A program made the position numbers and the translations under genes. Source: the human T2T-CHM13v2.0 reference genome, Homo sapiens. From it: a DNA stretch of 64,000 bases. This document shows, one piece after another, positions 1 to 15,640 of this stretch; within the stretch, counting starts at the first letter, position 1, and every line of letters begins with the position of its first letter. The stretch lies in assembly GCF_009914755.1 (NCBI RefSeq), contig NC_060946.1. One strand, given 5' to 3'. The notes under the pieces were generated by a model. That model did no database searches. It worked only from the letters and a program-made list of their open reading frames with translations, and was not told the origin of the DNA.

Positions 1-87
1 CGCGTCCTCACCCCGCGTCCTCACCCCGCGTCCTCACCCCGCGTCCTCACCCCGCGTCCTCACCCCGCGTCCTCACCCCGCGTCCTC
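1..87. repeat. 13-bp CpG-rich minisatellite (CACCCCGCGTCCT)n, truncated by the window edge
   Basis: ~6.5 perfect copies with period 13. Confidence 0.95.
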
Positions 88-3000
88 GCGCCCTCACACC
101 TGGCTTCATCCACCCCAGCCACAGATGTTTTCTGGGCCTCAGTCCCCCTCATCCTCTGCTGCTCCTCCCACGGCCCCCCCCACCCTGGGGCCCACTCCCT
201 CCCCGCCTTCAGGTCTTGGCTGTGGGGACACTTCTCGGTGAGGCCCCGCTTCCACCCCATCCCTCAGGGCCCTGCCCTGCGCCAGCCCAGGGGCCCCGCA
301 GGATGTTCACCACCGCCCAGCGCTTCCCTTCCTCTTTCGCGTTCTGTGTCTGCACTGGAGCGGCCGGCCCGGCAGGTAGGCTTTGGTCTGTCTTGTTCAC
401 CGCGGTGGCCCAGTGCCCACACGCGCCCGCGCCCCGCGGGAAGTAGCTAAGTACTGTTGGGAGTGAGTGTGGACACCTAGTACCCCACCCCCGGGATCGG
501 CCACACCTGTGTGCACAGCGCCCCTTCCCCACCCAGCAGCCTATCCCTGCCTGATCTGTCTCCCTCTGCCTCTCTTCCCCTCCAAGCTATGAGCCCCTGT
601 GGCCCCCACACCAGGCCAGACACCCCAAGGGCCACCTTCAAATGTGGTCTGTGTGTGTGGAATGAACAAAGGAGCAGGCTGAGCCCGTGCCCTGGGGGAT
701 CAGTGCCTGTAGCAACCAGAACCAGCAGAGTCCCAGCCCCACCCACCTCACCCGGACAGCCCCCCGAGGGGTGCGCCGACCGGGGTGCCTCCAGGCCTGC
801 CGTGACTCTCTTGACTGAAGTGGGCAACAACCCCTCCATCTCCTTGGCCACACCCGGGCCCCGGGCACTCTCAAGCCCCCATCTCTGCACCCCTCGGTGT
901 GGTCACGCTGCTCCCCGGGCCATGCAGACAGCCATTTGCAGGGACCCTCTCTGGAAGGAGAAGGGCTGGCCCAGAGCCCCAAGACCTGAACACCCCAGAC
1001 CCTCGCCCACACGCAGCAGCCTCTGGAGAGAGCTCCTGCCCAGCCCGGGGCATCCCTGTTCAGGTGGCCCTCTGGCGTCTTGGTAGCGGCTGCCTGGAGC
1101 TGCTTTACTGGGAACACCTAAGCCCTGCGGAACCGATTCTCCCCCCTGCTCCCGGGCTTCCCTGTCTGGGCAGGGCCCTGGGCTGCGGGGGCCGCCTCAG
1201 GAGGCCTTGGCAGCTGTGGTCTGGGGCTGTGGTGAGCAGGCTGGGGCCCCACTGGGGCCTGGCTGGGACGTGTGAGCAGCCTCTGGCCTGGCAGGTCCCC
1301 TCCTGCCTCATGTGCTCAAGGCCCTGGGGAATCAGCTCCTGACAACATGAGAAGGGGCATCCTGCAGGTCAGTCACCCCATTTTACAAGTGGGGAAACTG
1401 AGGCGGAGGAGGGGACCTGCTGGAGGCTGAACAGGAAGGAAGCAGCACTGTGAGGCTGAGAAGCCTGGCAACTGCCCATAGACCAGACCCCTCTGCTGGG
1501 CCAGGCTATGCCAACCCCTGGAAGCCCTCTCAGTGCAACTGCTTTTAGTGCACGGATCACTCGGTGATTCCCAAACAGTGTCCCACGGAACCCCATGAGA
1601 TAGGACATGCCTGACCACAGAAGGGCTCGGGGGCCAGGGAGGACAGGAGATGCCACGTGAGGCATCAAGCCATGGCATGAAGCCAGTGGCATTTCAGGCT
1701 GGTAAGAGAAGTGGCGTTGGAACCAGATATCCTGGGGAGCCACCTCCGGCCAGGGCCCTGTGGCCCCTTCCCCACATGCAGCACCCGCACACCCTATGCC
1801 CCCGGCCTTGCCCACCAGGCAGGCATGGCTAGACATGGGTTCAGTCTCTGTTCCACCCTGGCTCAACCTGGGTGAGGCACCTGCTGACCCAGAGCCTGTT
1901 TCCCCACTTGTGTCTCAGGGGACTAAGACCCACCCACCGCCTCAGACTGTGTGTGGCTATAAGCCAGTGAAAAAGCCCACATGTCCTCCTGGGGCCTACC
2001 TCTCAGACCCTGGCCTCCTAGGGGCTGGCTGCACCTTGGCAGGTACCTGCGGCCCTGGCCGTAGCGGCCTGTGCTTCCAGAAGCTGGGCAGGGCAGCTTG
2101 AGGGGAACCCTGGGATGGAACTTGCAGCCACCCTGGCTGGGGACAGCTGGGACCACCCCTACTCCTGAGACACCACCAGCAAATTGCAAATTCCAATGGC
2201 AGCTAGATTTTTCACCCGATCTATGCAATCAAGGTAAAGCTTTTAGAAGTTGATTCTGTCTAGAGTGACTCATTAGACATGATCGTGAATGCTCTTGCAA
2301 ATTCAGTTTAAAAGTTCAGCACGAAGGCAAAATTGTTTGTTTTTGCAGTGATGATAGACACAGAAATTCTGTGGTAAAAGCAATGTTCTCATTAAAGTCA
2401 GACACCAAATGGGGTAGAGACGAGCTTGGTGGTGACGCTCACAGAATTCATAACTGCGGCTGTGACCAGGTGGCAAAGCAGAGGCTGTGGTTATTCACCT
2501 TTGCCACTGTCTTCTGGTGTGCCCAGTCACAGGAGCTGCACGGCAATGCATCTGAGACCATGCGGTGTCACCTTCACAGAAGTGCTCTGGCACAGAGACT
2601 CCAGCCTTGCCGGCCTCTCGCCTCCCAAGCACAGAAGCCTCCAGAACGCTGCTTCAAGGACAAGCCCAGGAGACCTGCCATGCTCATGCGTGTCTTTGGA
2701 AACAGGTTCTCTAAATTTTGCTTGTGGTTTGTTAAAAAAAAAAAAAAAATCAGAAGTGTAATCAAAGACTTCAACAAACGAAGCACCAAAACACTTCAGC
2801 TTTGAAATGTAGAATTGCAATGACTGGAAACACGGCTCGCAAAGCAAAAGACATTAAAATTCAGTCATCCCTACAGAAGCCGGACAGGAATTGATCACAT
2901 CCACTAGTGAAGGCTCAGAAAGTGACAAGATTTCATTTGGAAATCGTACCTGTGTCCTTGGGAACATCCTGAACCTTGGGAAGCATCAGCTCATGGAGTT

Positions 3001-3299
3001 CCTATTAACTGGATAAATTTATATTCTAGATTGAAATGGAATGGAATTAAGTAGGCCCACGGTTTTGCAGCACGTACATTTGAAGAATCATTAAAAATCA
3101 TCATAGAAACAATTTATTTGACGAGATTTGTCTTGTACAAATATTTGTTAAATATTTGTACTCCGAACGGAGGCCAAAAGACAGCACCTGTGGGAAACTT
3201 TAGGCTGAAATATTTACACATTTCAACGCAAAATGTCAGAACTGAGAATCTGCCGTGTGCTCACAAGGTACCCCAACCCTGCAGAGAGAGACAATTTTC

Positions 3300-3426
3300 T
3301 TGATCCAAATGTCATCATCTACCCAGAAGTGTCCATGGACAGCACAGATTCACATTCTGGGGCCGTTAAAATGTGAATGTGAGCTATCAATGGACACTTC
3401 TGGGTAGATCATGACCTTTGGATTAA
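3300..3426. repeat. Inverted repeat, 57-bp arms with a 13-nt loop
   Basis: 3300-3356 vs the reverse complement of 3370-3426: 50/57 identical without gaps, with a 20-bp perfect core. Confidence 0.95.
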
Positions 3427-3440
3427 TTAAGATTGATCCA

Positions 3441-3937
<497 letters not shown>

Positions 3938-6851
3938 TCAAACTTTGAAGATTGCAGGAAAATTGATGGAAACAAACTTTAAAAATAATAAGGCCATATT
4001 TTAAAAATACACTGTACTGCGAAATACATAGAGACAGATGGGCTCAAAAATGCGAGTATGACCAAGACTCAATATTCCACATGTGTTATTTTTCAAAGGT
4101 CAGATAGTCAATATATTGGCACTCACCGTGTGCATGCCAGGCTCTTGGAGGGGACTCGGCCTAGCCCCTGCAGAGGCCACAGCGTAAAGTGGTCAACACC
4201 TCGGGGTGGCAAGGGCCCTCGACAGACTCCAACCTGCCTTCCTGATAGCTCCTTCCTGCCTCCTTTTGACTTAAACTTCTCCTCCATCATCACCTCCTCC
4301 AGAAGCCTTCCCAGGACCCAGACAGTTTTCCATGGCCCCCGACTTCCCTCATCAGGGCCTTGCCCAGCGAGGAGGCAGTGAAGGCTTCTGGACGAGGGGG
4401 CCTGGAGCTTTTTCTTGGAGGTAAGCAGGAGTCTGCCTGGCAGAGAAGGCAGGCGAGGACCCAGGTGGGGTCTGAGGTCAGGCAGGGAAGGTGGAGGGTG
4501 GAGGACATGGCTGGGGAGAGGGCTGTGGTCTCAGCAGCACTGAGGTTGGTGGCCCCTGTCCTTGCAGCAGGCCTGGGAAGGACAGGCCTCTGAAGGCCAC
4601 AGGGAGAAGCCACCCGGTACCAGAGCCAGGCTCTGACCCCAGCCATCCTGCCGGCCGCGGTGCTGCCTCCGTGCATCTTCTCCAGGATGCTGAGCTCTGT
4701 CCCCAGAGCCCAGGGGAGGCTTCCATGCTGCAGATCTGGCAATGGGAGTGCTGGGAGCAGCGCCTGTGCAGACTCCGGCTGTGGATGAAGCTTTATTAGC
4801 CCAGGCAGGGAGTGGGGCCACACAGCCGTCAGGGCAGCGTTGGGTGGAGAAAAACGTGACAGCGTGCCCCTTACAGATGGAGCCATGGAGGCCAAGGTGC
4901 ATGGCTCAAGTAGCTGCAGACTGGAGACAGAGCACTGAGCTAGGGGTCCTGAGCCCCTGTCCTCCAGGGCTCTGCCCTTCACACCGAGAACTGCATCCTC
5001 AGCCATCAAGGGCCAAGCTGCTCCGGCTGTCCACAGGGGACCCATGGTTGACCAAGGTGGAGGCCCTGGGGATGCAGAACTGGATGCTGGGAAGAGCTGG
5101 CTCCTCCTAGCTCTGTTTTACAGAGATGGGAACTGAGGTCTAGAGAGATGCAGCTGGCTTGCCAGAGACCACAAGGAGGGCAGCTGCTTCCCCAGATGCC
5201 AGGTCCCTGGGGCTGGAGAGGGGCCTCTGGGCAGAGCCCTTCTCAGGAGGGAGCCTCGTGGTGGCTCTTTCTTATGGAGGAGAATAGAGGGAGGAGGCAG
5301 GAGGGGAGGAAGGCAGGCCCTGTCTGACCATGCAGCTTCTTGTAAAAACCTAAGAAAAGCTGCCGGGAAACTCATCCGCAACCGGTTTGGCCAGTTCCTA
5401 ACATCCTCCCTGAGAACCTGGGTTCAGGCTCACTGTTGCCGAGCCATTCTCCCAGGCCTCCTGTGCGCTATGCGCTGGCCGGGCCTTACGGTGGGGAGGG
5501 GCCTCCCCCATGGGCTTCGTTCCCAGGCCTGTAGCATGAGGACTTGTCTGCAGTCACCGAGAGCCCCTCTGGTCCTAACACCCTGGTCACGGCCTGGCAC
5601 TGAGCCCTGGAGAAAGAGCGTGACGCTGATCCCTCGCTGGCCGCCTGTCCAGCACCAAGCAGGGATCTCGCATCCTCCAGCTTTGGTTTTGCCTCACCCC
5701 AGCCCCTGATGGGGGAAACTTTCTCCCAGTCAAGGGAACGTATGTCCCAAGAGGGGCTTGTAAGTGATAGAGAACCAGAGCAGCCCACCAGAGTGATCTT
5801 CCCCCACCCACCCTAGCCCCACACAGGAACGCTCCATGGCTCTCCGTTGGCCAGAGTCCAAACTGCCAGGCCTGGAGTTTCAGATGTCTCAGGACACAGC
5901 TCTTCCTCCTGCTCCAATCTTACTCCCTATAAATTTGCCTAATGGAGCACTGGGCTGCCTGGGATCCCACTCTCAGAGGATGAGAGTCCTTAATTCTGGC
6001 AGTGCCCAGGCCAGGGTGGGGGTGAAAGGCCCGGTGTGCCTGCTGGGAGTGGATGATTATCTAGAGATTGGGCAGGAGGGTCTGGGGGTGCTCAGAGGCT
6101 GATGGGAGGGGCCTGGCCCCAAGTGGGGACTTTGGGCTTGGGCAGAGGCACTGGCAGCCCAGGTGTCAGGCAGAGTTCAAGCTCTGGAGTGGGGGTCTGG
6201 GTGGCCCTCACCACCCATTTCTGGCCTTGTGGACTTGGCCAGGCCACTAAAGCTCTCTCAGCCTCAATTTCCCCATCCAGACATAGGGTTATTCCCCAAC
6301 ACACACCCTATGGGGCTGTGGGGAAGATGGTCCTTCACACAGGGCCCATCAAATGTTCTTAAAAACCAAGTGAATAAAGGAACGAAAAAATGGGTGGGAG
6401 GTGACAAGAAGTGGTTTTCCAATCTATCCAGAGACCAAGATGCCCAGGGGCTATCAAGGCCATACTCCCCACAGGCCTGGCTCAAGGTCACAGAGAGTGG
6501 GGGCAGGCGGCCTCACTGGCACCTGGCTCCAGGTGGCCTCAGGCTTCCTGTTCACACCTACCTGGGGCGTAACTCTAGAACTCTCTACACAGGGCCTCAA
6601 GGAGTCTGAGTTAGTGCCAGGCAGGGCAGGGCCAGCAGTTGAGGACTGGCCAGTTTGAATGATTTCTGTGGGCTCTAAACATAGGGCTGGTGTCCAGCTG
6701 CCTGGTCCCTGGCCCAGGGGCGATTATGGCCAAGGAATATCGCCTCCCAGGGGCTACACACCAGGCAGAGGAGGACGGGCTCTGGACTGGAGGTCTGCGT
6801 ACCAAAGGCCTGATCCAGGTGGGCCCTTTGTGGTCTCTAAGGATTGGCTAG

Positions 6852-7138
<287 letters not shown>

Positions 7139-8100
7139 TAAGATGTCAAAACGTTACTATATGAGGGAAAAATACTTAGACACACACAAAATACACCTGT
7201 GTACCTGGGGAGTTACGTCCACATCCCTTGGGGTCCTTGTTCTCTTCACCTGTAAAGTCTGGACAGAAGTGCCTGGAAAACCTCCCTGTGGCCCCTACCT
7301 CCTGCAGGGGCCACCCCAGGAGGCCAGGCAGCCCAGCTCAAGCCCCGGCTGACCTTTCCACTCACATGTCTCCCTTACACTTCACAGTTTGCAAAGAGCT
7401 TTCTGCCTGTGGTCTGACCTGGCCTCACTCCCTCTTTGAGGAGGGCTGGGGTCCTTGCCCCTAATGTGCAGGTAAAGAAACAAACCCTGACAAGAGAGGT
7501 GACTTGTCCAAGGTACCACGGGGACCCCAGCTCCCTTCCTGTCTGCCCCAGAGCATCGATGGGGACCTCTTGCCAGGATGGCTCTGGGGAGCCAGTGGGG
7601 GGAGATGTCCACCTCGTGGCACTGGGAACCCCGCCCAGGCTGCCACCCAGGTTGGTCTGGTTGGTGAAATTGTTAATGTTCAAACCACAGCCAGGAATTC
7701 CTACCTTTCCACACGCCCCCGCCCCATGTAGATAGACTCACCGAGTGCCTGAAAAACAAGCTCACCCATGATGGGGAAGTAAGGATGGGGTCTCCCTGCC
7801 CACTTGCCTCCCACCCAGAGGCAGGGGCCTTCCCGGGCAAGAAGGCACCCTGGAGACCATGGGGCCAGCAGAGAAGACACCGCAAGCAGCGGGCCAGCGA
7901 CAGGTAAAGTCCTTCTAACCATGGCATCTCTCAAAAACTGCAGAAGCCATTTTGCTTAATTAAAAAGAGTAATATAGTAATACATAGACTTGCTAGAAAG
8001 CTACAGTCATCGAGACAGTAAAACAATAGACAGATCAATGGAACAGAATAGAGAACCCAGAAATAAATAGACCCACCTATATGAGGTCAATTGCTCTTTG

Positions 8101-8412
8101 TTTATTTTTTGTTTTTTGCTTTTTGTTTTTTGAGACCAAGCCTCTCTCTGTCACCCAGGCTGGAGTGCAGTAGTCCGATCTCAGCTCACTGCAGCCTCCG
8201 CTTCCCGGTTCAAGCAATTCTCCTACCTCAGCCTCCTGAGTAGTTGGGATTACAGGCATGTGCCACCACGCCCAGCTAATTTTTGTGTTTTTGGTAGAGA
8301 TGGAGTTTCACCATGTTGCTCAGGCTGGTCTCGAATTCCTGACCTCAATTGATCTGCCCGCCTTGGCCTCCCAAAGTGCTGGGATTGCAAGCGTGAGCCA
8401 CCGCGCCCAGCC
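8101..8412 (-). mobile_element. AluS
   Basis: Full antisense Alu with a degenerate TSD tcaaYtgYtctttg. Confidence 0.92.
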
Positions 8413-8935
8413 TCAACTGTTCTTTGACAAAGGAGCAAAGACAGTCTTTTAACCAATGGTGCAAGAACAGGTGGACATCCACGTGCATAAAAACAAACCT
8501 AGACACAGACCTTACACCAGTCACAAAAATCAACTCAAAATGGATCATAGGCCCGAGTGTAAAACACAAAACTGTAACATTCCTGGAGGATAACAGAGGA
8601 GAAGATCTAGGTGACTTGGGGCTCGTCAATGACTTTAGTGGCAACATCAAAGCAGAATCCAGGAAAAAAAGAATTGATGATTTGAACATTTAGCTTCTGT
8701 GAAGACAATATGAAAATTCTGGGAGAATTTAAACTTCTGTGAAAGACACTATGAGAAGAATAGAAAGACAAGGCACAGACTGGGAGACATGTTTCCAAAG
8801 CTCATCAGGTAACTGGTATCCAAAATATACGAAGAACTCTTAAAACTCAACAATAAGAAAACAAACAACCCAATTAAAAAATGGGCAAAAGATCAGAAAA
8901 GATTCCTCACCAGAGATGAGAAATAAATGTATTTA

Positions 8936-9243
<308 letters not shown>

Positions 9244-9711
9244 AAATGTATTTAATATCTTATAGGATGAGCCACTGATGGCAGACAGGCACATGAAAAG
9301 GTGCCTAACGCCGGGCAATTACAAATGAAAACAGTGAGCTATCACGACACACCTATCAGAATGGTCCAAATCCAAAACACTAACAACGCCAGATGCTGGT
9401 GAGCATGTGGGACCGCATTTGGTGGGAATGCAAAATGGTACCGCACCGTGGAGGACAGGTCGACTGTGTCTTACAAAGCTAAACATACCCTTTCTGTATG
9501 ATCCAGCAGCCTCACCCCTTGGGATTTACTCACAGAAACCTGCACACACATGTTTATCGCAGCTGCATTCATGATCACCAAAACTTAGAAGCTGAGATGT
9601 CCTTCTGGAGGTCAAGGGACCAGTAAGCAGTGGTGCAGCCAGACCGTGGAGAATTACTCAGCACCAAGAAGAAAGGAGCTCTCCAGCCATGGAAAGACAT
9701 GGAGGAAATGC

Positions 9712-10044
<333 letters not shown>

Positions 10045-10052
10045 TAAATGCA

Positions 10053-10466
<414 letters not shown>

Positions 10467-10779
10467 TCAGTGGCTGCCAGGGGTTGGGGCGGGAGGGATG
10501 CCTGGACTGAGCAGAGGGGGTGCTCAGGCGGGGAAGCGGCTCTGTGTGACTCTGTGATGGAGGAACCGTGTCGTTATTCACCTGCCCAGACCCACAGAAT
10601 GCCCAGCGCCAAGAGGGACCCCTAATGTAAACCATGGGCTTGAGTTAGTGATCTATCATATTAGCTCTTCAGTTGCAAGGAATATGCCACATGAATGCAG
10701 GATGTTAATAATAGAGGAAACTGTAGGGGAACAAATGGGAATGCTTTGTACTTTCCCCTGAATTTCTCTGTAACCCTAA

Positions 10780-11333
<554 letters not shown>

Positions 11334-13211
11334 AGAGACAGTAATATGGGTGAGTCTTATAAACACGATGTTGAACAAAGAAGCCAGCCAGCAAAGAGGA
11401 TGGGGTGTGTGAGCCGTTCCTGTGCGGTGTAAAAACAGGTGATAGCGACCCACGGTGCCACGGTCGGGAGCGAGGCCCCTGATGGGACCGTGGCCATCGT
11501 CCACGTCCTGCCTCTGGCCTGGGTGCCCGTGACATGGAGGGTTTGGTTTCTGAAAATCTGCTGGGTTGTGTACTTCTACTGCGTCCGCTTTCCTGTGGGT
11601 TACACTTCACTAAAGAGTTCCAGAAAAAATAGTGTTTGCGGTAGAAAACTGGAAATCCCAGAAAAGGAGAAGGAAGATGCCACCCCTCATCTACTTAATG
11701 CCGAAGGGGGTGTCTGGCTGCAGAAGACCCTGGCCCTGGGCCGGGCTGGGGGACTCCGTCCTCACTGGGGACAGCTGAGCACAGGGCCAGCTGGGAGGAG
11801 GGTCAGTGGCACTCAGGAGAGCCTCCCAAAATGTGTGAATCACAGCGTCTTGGAAGGATGTTCTCCTGGCTCAGGAAGCGCCCCCTCGATGCCACTGCAG
11901 CCTGGCCCAGAAGCCAGGGGGACTCGGTTCCTGCTGCTGAGGGGGTCCCAGGTTGGTGGCCCAGCCTTTGGAAGGCATGGAGGGGCAGGGACGCCCACAG
12001 CCTGTGCTAGGACAGGCACCTGAGTCCCCTCCTGGTGCCCCATCCCAGCATCTCTGAGCTACCCCAGAGTACCCTGCGTCCTCCCAGAGGTGGTGGCGGG
12101 GCTGGGGCTGGGTGGTGACATCATGGGTTGAGCTGTGCCAGTTCTTTCCCGACCTCGGAAACCCCAACATCCCGCTCCAGGAACTGGCCTGCGGCGTTGG
12201 CTTTGGCTGGGCGCCCCAGGAGTGTGGCAGGGAGGCCCGGGGCCCCCATCCCCCCAGCAGTCAGCCCTGAGGCCCCCCCCTTCCCTTCGGGGGCTCCCAG
12301 GGAGCCTGGGCCAAGTGTGAGAACCAGCAGGGTCAGCTCCTCAGGTCCTGCCCCCGCCCCTGCCCCTCCTCTACTGCAAGAAAAATAAACAGCTGTCCCG
12401 TCTCTCTGAGACTGGAAACACCACCGCAGCCGCAGCCTCGGCCGAGCTATGGGGCTGACTCACTGCCCGCCCTGGGCGGGGGCAGCGAGAAGGGGCCGGG
12501 GCTGCCCTGAGGAGCCCTGTGGTGACCCTTCTTTCCACTGTGCCAGGGGGACGGGAGGACACGTCCATCTCAGGACTCCTGAGCTCGGCCACGTCACCCT
12601 GCTCTCCCTCTGGCCACTCTGTGACCTTTGTCAGCCAGGCCTTGACCTCTCCTGGCCCCAGGGTCCTCATCGGCCCAAACGCAGGCTGGAGCATCTCTTG
12701 CTCTGTCCACGGTTGTGAACAGGGAGGAGCATGGTGGCTGGGTTCAGGGGTCCACCCTGGGGCCTCATGTAGTAGAGCAGGAAAATAAATGTGTCGGAGT
12801 GACTTTCATCAAGGGTGGAAATGGAAACCTGTGTTCCTGGGCGCCTCGATCATTCGGGAATCTGATGATCCTGAAGTCACCATCGGTCTCCCACGCCTCC
12901 TGCGCTCGTCCTTCAAGCCTTCTTTCTTTTCCACGGATACCTTCCAGTGTTCCCAGGCCAGCTCCCTCCTGTGGGTGGAGGGCGTGGGCAGGAGGGCAGT
13001 CCCTTTTCTCCGAGACCCTTGGTTGAAGCTCCAGGCCGCTTCTCAGAGCCTTACAGCCAGCCTTGCACTGCAACTTACCAGGGGCCTCGCAGGCCTTAAT
13101 GAAGCACCTCTGTGTGCCAGGCTGAGCCCCTTGTCCTTGGAGATGACTCAAACGCGGGCTGGCCACATAAAGGGAACTGATAAGGGCAGGGATGAATTGG
13201 AGATACGCAAC

Positions 13212-13858
13212 CTTTTTTAAATTTAACTTTCCAGTTCAGGTTTTATAGTACATGTGCAGGTTTGTTAAATAGGTAAAGTTGGTCATAGGGGTTTGTTGTA
13301 CAGATTATTCCATCCCCCAGGTATTAAGCCCAGTACCCATTAGTTATTTTTCCTGATCCTCTCCCTCCACCGACCCTCCACCCTCAAGTAGGCCCCGGTG
13401 TGTGTGGCTCCCCTCTATGTATCCATGAGTTCTCATCATTTGGCTCCCACTTATATGTGAGAACATGCGGTATTTGGTTTTCTGTTCCTGCATGAGTTTG
13501 CTAAGGATAATATAATGGCCTCCAGCTCCATCCATGTTCCTGCAAAGGAGGCGATCTTGTTCTTTTTTATGGCTGCATAGCGTCCCATGGTGTATATGGA
13601 CCACATTTTCTTTATCCAGTCTACCGTTGATGGGCATTTAGGTTGATTCCATGTCTTTGCTGTTGTGAATAGTGCTGCAGTGAACACACATATGCATGTG
13701 TCTCTATAATAGAATGATGTCTATTCGTTTGGGTGTATACCCAGGAATGGGATTGCTAGGTTGAATGGTATTTCTGTTTTTAGGTCTCTGAGGAATCGCC
13801 ACACCATTGTCCACAAGGGTTGAGATAATCTGCGCTCCCCGCGGCGGTGCACAGGTGT
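13212..13858 (-). mobile_element. L1PA (older primate subfamily) 3' end
   Basis: Minus-strand ORF2 C-terminus MFTAALFTTAKTWNQPKCPSTVDWIKKMW plus a primate L1 3' UTR. Confidence 0.9.
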
Positions 13859-15542
13859 TCCTTTTGGAGAGATGTGATTTGCTGCCCAAGCAGGGGCAGC
13901 GGCATGGTGACCGTCATAAGAGCCATGTGAGTGGAAGACGGAGGCTCGCTGGGACAACGAGGCCTTCCTGTGCCGGGCAGAAGGGTTATCCTGGGTTGGG
14001 TGTGGGTGAGGACGGAGAGGTAGCTGGGCAAAGGTGGAGAGGTGACTGTGGCTGGAACGTGGGGCACAGACAAGTGTACCTTTGGGGCAGTGCTGAGACA
14101 CTTGTCCCCGCACAGGAGCTCCGAAGACTCACAGGCTCTGGGGGATAACGAGGGAGGAGCTGGAGGCTGAGGAGAGGGCCTGGCGGGGCAGGGCGGATCA
14201 GAGGGCGACGGAGCCCTGCTGGGTTCCCACGCCGGACAGCGGGGCAGGTGTGGCCTTGGGGTCAGCAAGCGGCGGGAGGCGCGGGAAAGCCGGGAGTCTG
14301 GCCCTGGCGGGCAGCAGTGCCAACCAATTAACCTGTAATCGCCCAGGGAGATGCTAAGAGGATTTGCCTTTTGTCCGGCTAATTATTCTGCTTGGACACT
14401 TTTCCTTTCCTCGGGGAGCTCAGGCCCTTTGCAGAACTTTAATTAAAAGGAAGCCGCTTTCTCAATTACCCCAAGGGCGGGGCAACCGGTGAAAACCGCA
14501 GGGTTGCCCTCCCCGGCTCAAGCTGATGGTCTGGGGGTCTTCCTTATCTGACCCCTGGGCCAGCCGGGGAACCTTCCACTGTGCCCCTGACAATGCGGTG
14601 AGGACTGCCGCTAAGGTCACGGAGGGAGAGGGAGCTCCTGCCCCGAGGTAGGAGGCCCCCAATGCTTGCTCTCCCAGCCCCTCAGGCAGGAGCCGACAGC
14701 TCCCAGGAGCAGAGCTGCACTGACAAGGGCTCTGAGATCCACAGTGAGGTCCCGGGGCCGCTCCCGGAGCCCTGACCACTGGCCACTTCCTGGTCCCCAC
14801 AGGACCTTTGCGGGGCAGCCATTGCCGAACCGTAATGCTGAGTGAGGTCCACAAGTGTTGAAGGACCTGGAGTCCAGCCTGTGAGCTCCCCACACCCGTG
14901 CCCAGCCCCACGGAGCTCCCAGGAGGGCAGTGAATGTTCACTGCTGCCAAAGGAATGCTGTGAGATCACAGAAGTCAAATTGCTGGCTGTTAACACGAGC
15001 GAGGCACGGCCGCTGTCCATTGCGTGCCAGCCGCGCTGACTGCCGAGCTTTCAGGGCCTCCTCCAGTCCTGATGTCTTCCGCAGGGTGGCCCAAGCCCTG
15101 TTTTACTGAGGAAGAAACGGAGGCCCCTGGGGTGAAGGAACTTGCCCAGGATCAGCCTTGTCAGGTCCCTGTCACTGGTGGCTTCCTCCGTGGGTGTGTG
15201 AGCGCTCTGGGCTAACGGGATCCCTGCTCTGCCCCCAGGGCCTCAGGGCCCAGCTGAGGCTGATGGGCTGATGGGCTGGTGGGCTGGTGGAGGAAGATGC
15301 CCTCCTGTGGGGCTGACCACAGCTGCAGCCATGGATACACCCAAGCCAGGCTCTCCCCGAAGCGAGGGGGGAGCTAGCGCCCGCATCCACAGAGGCACAG
15401 TCACACGCTCAGCCCCATCCGTGTCCGGGCTTTGACTGTGCTGCCTATGCTGCCACTGCCAGCAGCAGACACTCTGCCTGCCTCTGTGCCCTGCACACGC
15501 CACATAGGCTACGTGGTCACGATGGAGCTGTAAGGGAGAGAG

Positions 15543-15640
15543 CCCCATTTTGCAGATGAGCAAACTGAGGCTCAGAGATGTTAGGACACCCAGATCTGGG
15601 TCTATGCGGGAGCAAAGGAGCTGGGCACTGATATCAAGGC
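15543..15640 (-). mobile_element. MIR fragment (one of many in the window)
   Basis: MIR core ccccattttgcagatgagcaaactgaggctcagaga. Confidence 0.7.

Noticed and set aside
1821-1840. p53/p63-like tandem half-sites AGGCATGGCT-AGACATGGGT
   Set aside because: Three mismatches to RRRCWWGYYY x2; the isolated perfect half-sites elsewhere (~19745, ~29897) lack partners.
4290-5045. 251-aa minus-strand ORF and similar long GC-rich ORFs (e.g. 36828-37628, 52046-52840)
   Set aside because: Low-complexity Pro/Ala/Gly/Ser composition, no motif and no splice-consistent structure; expected by chance at this GC content.
15259-15290. Tandem GCTG(A/G)TGG octamers including two E. coli Chi sequences
   Set aside because: Short simple repeat; Chi has no established role in human DNA.
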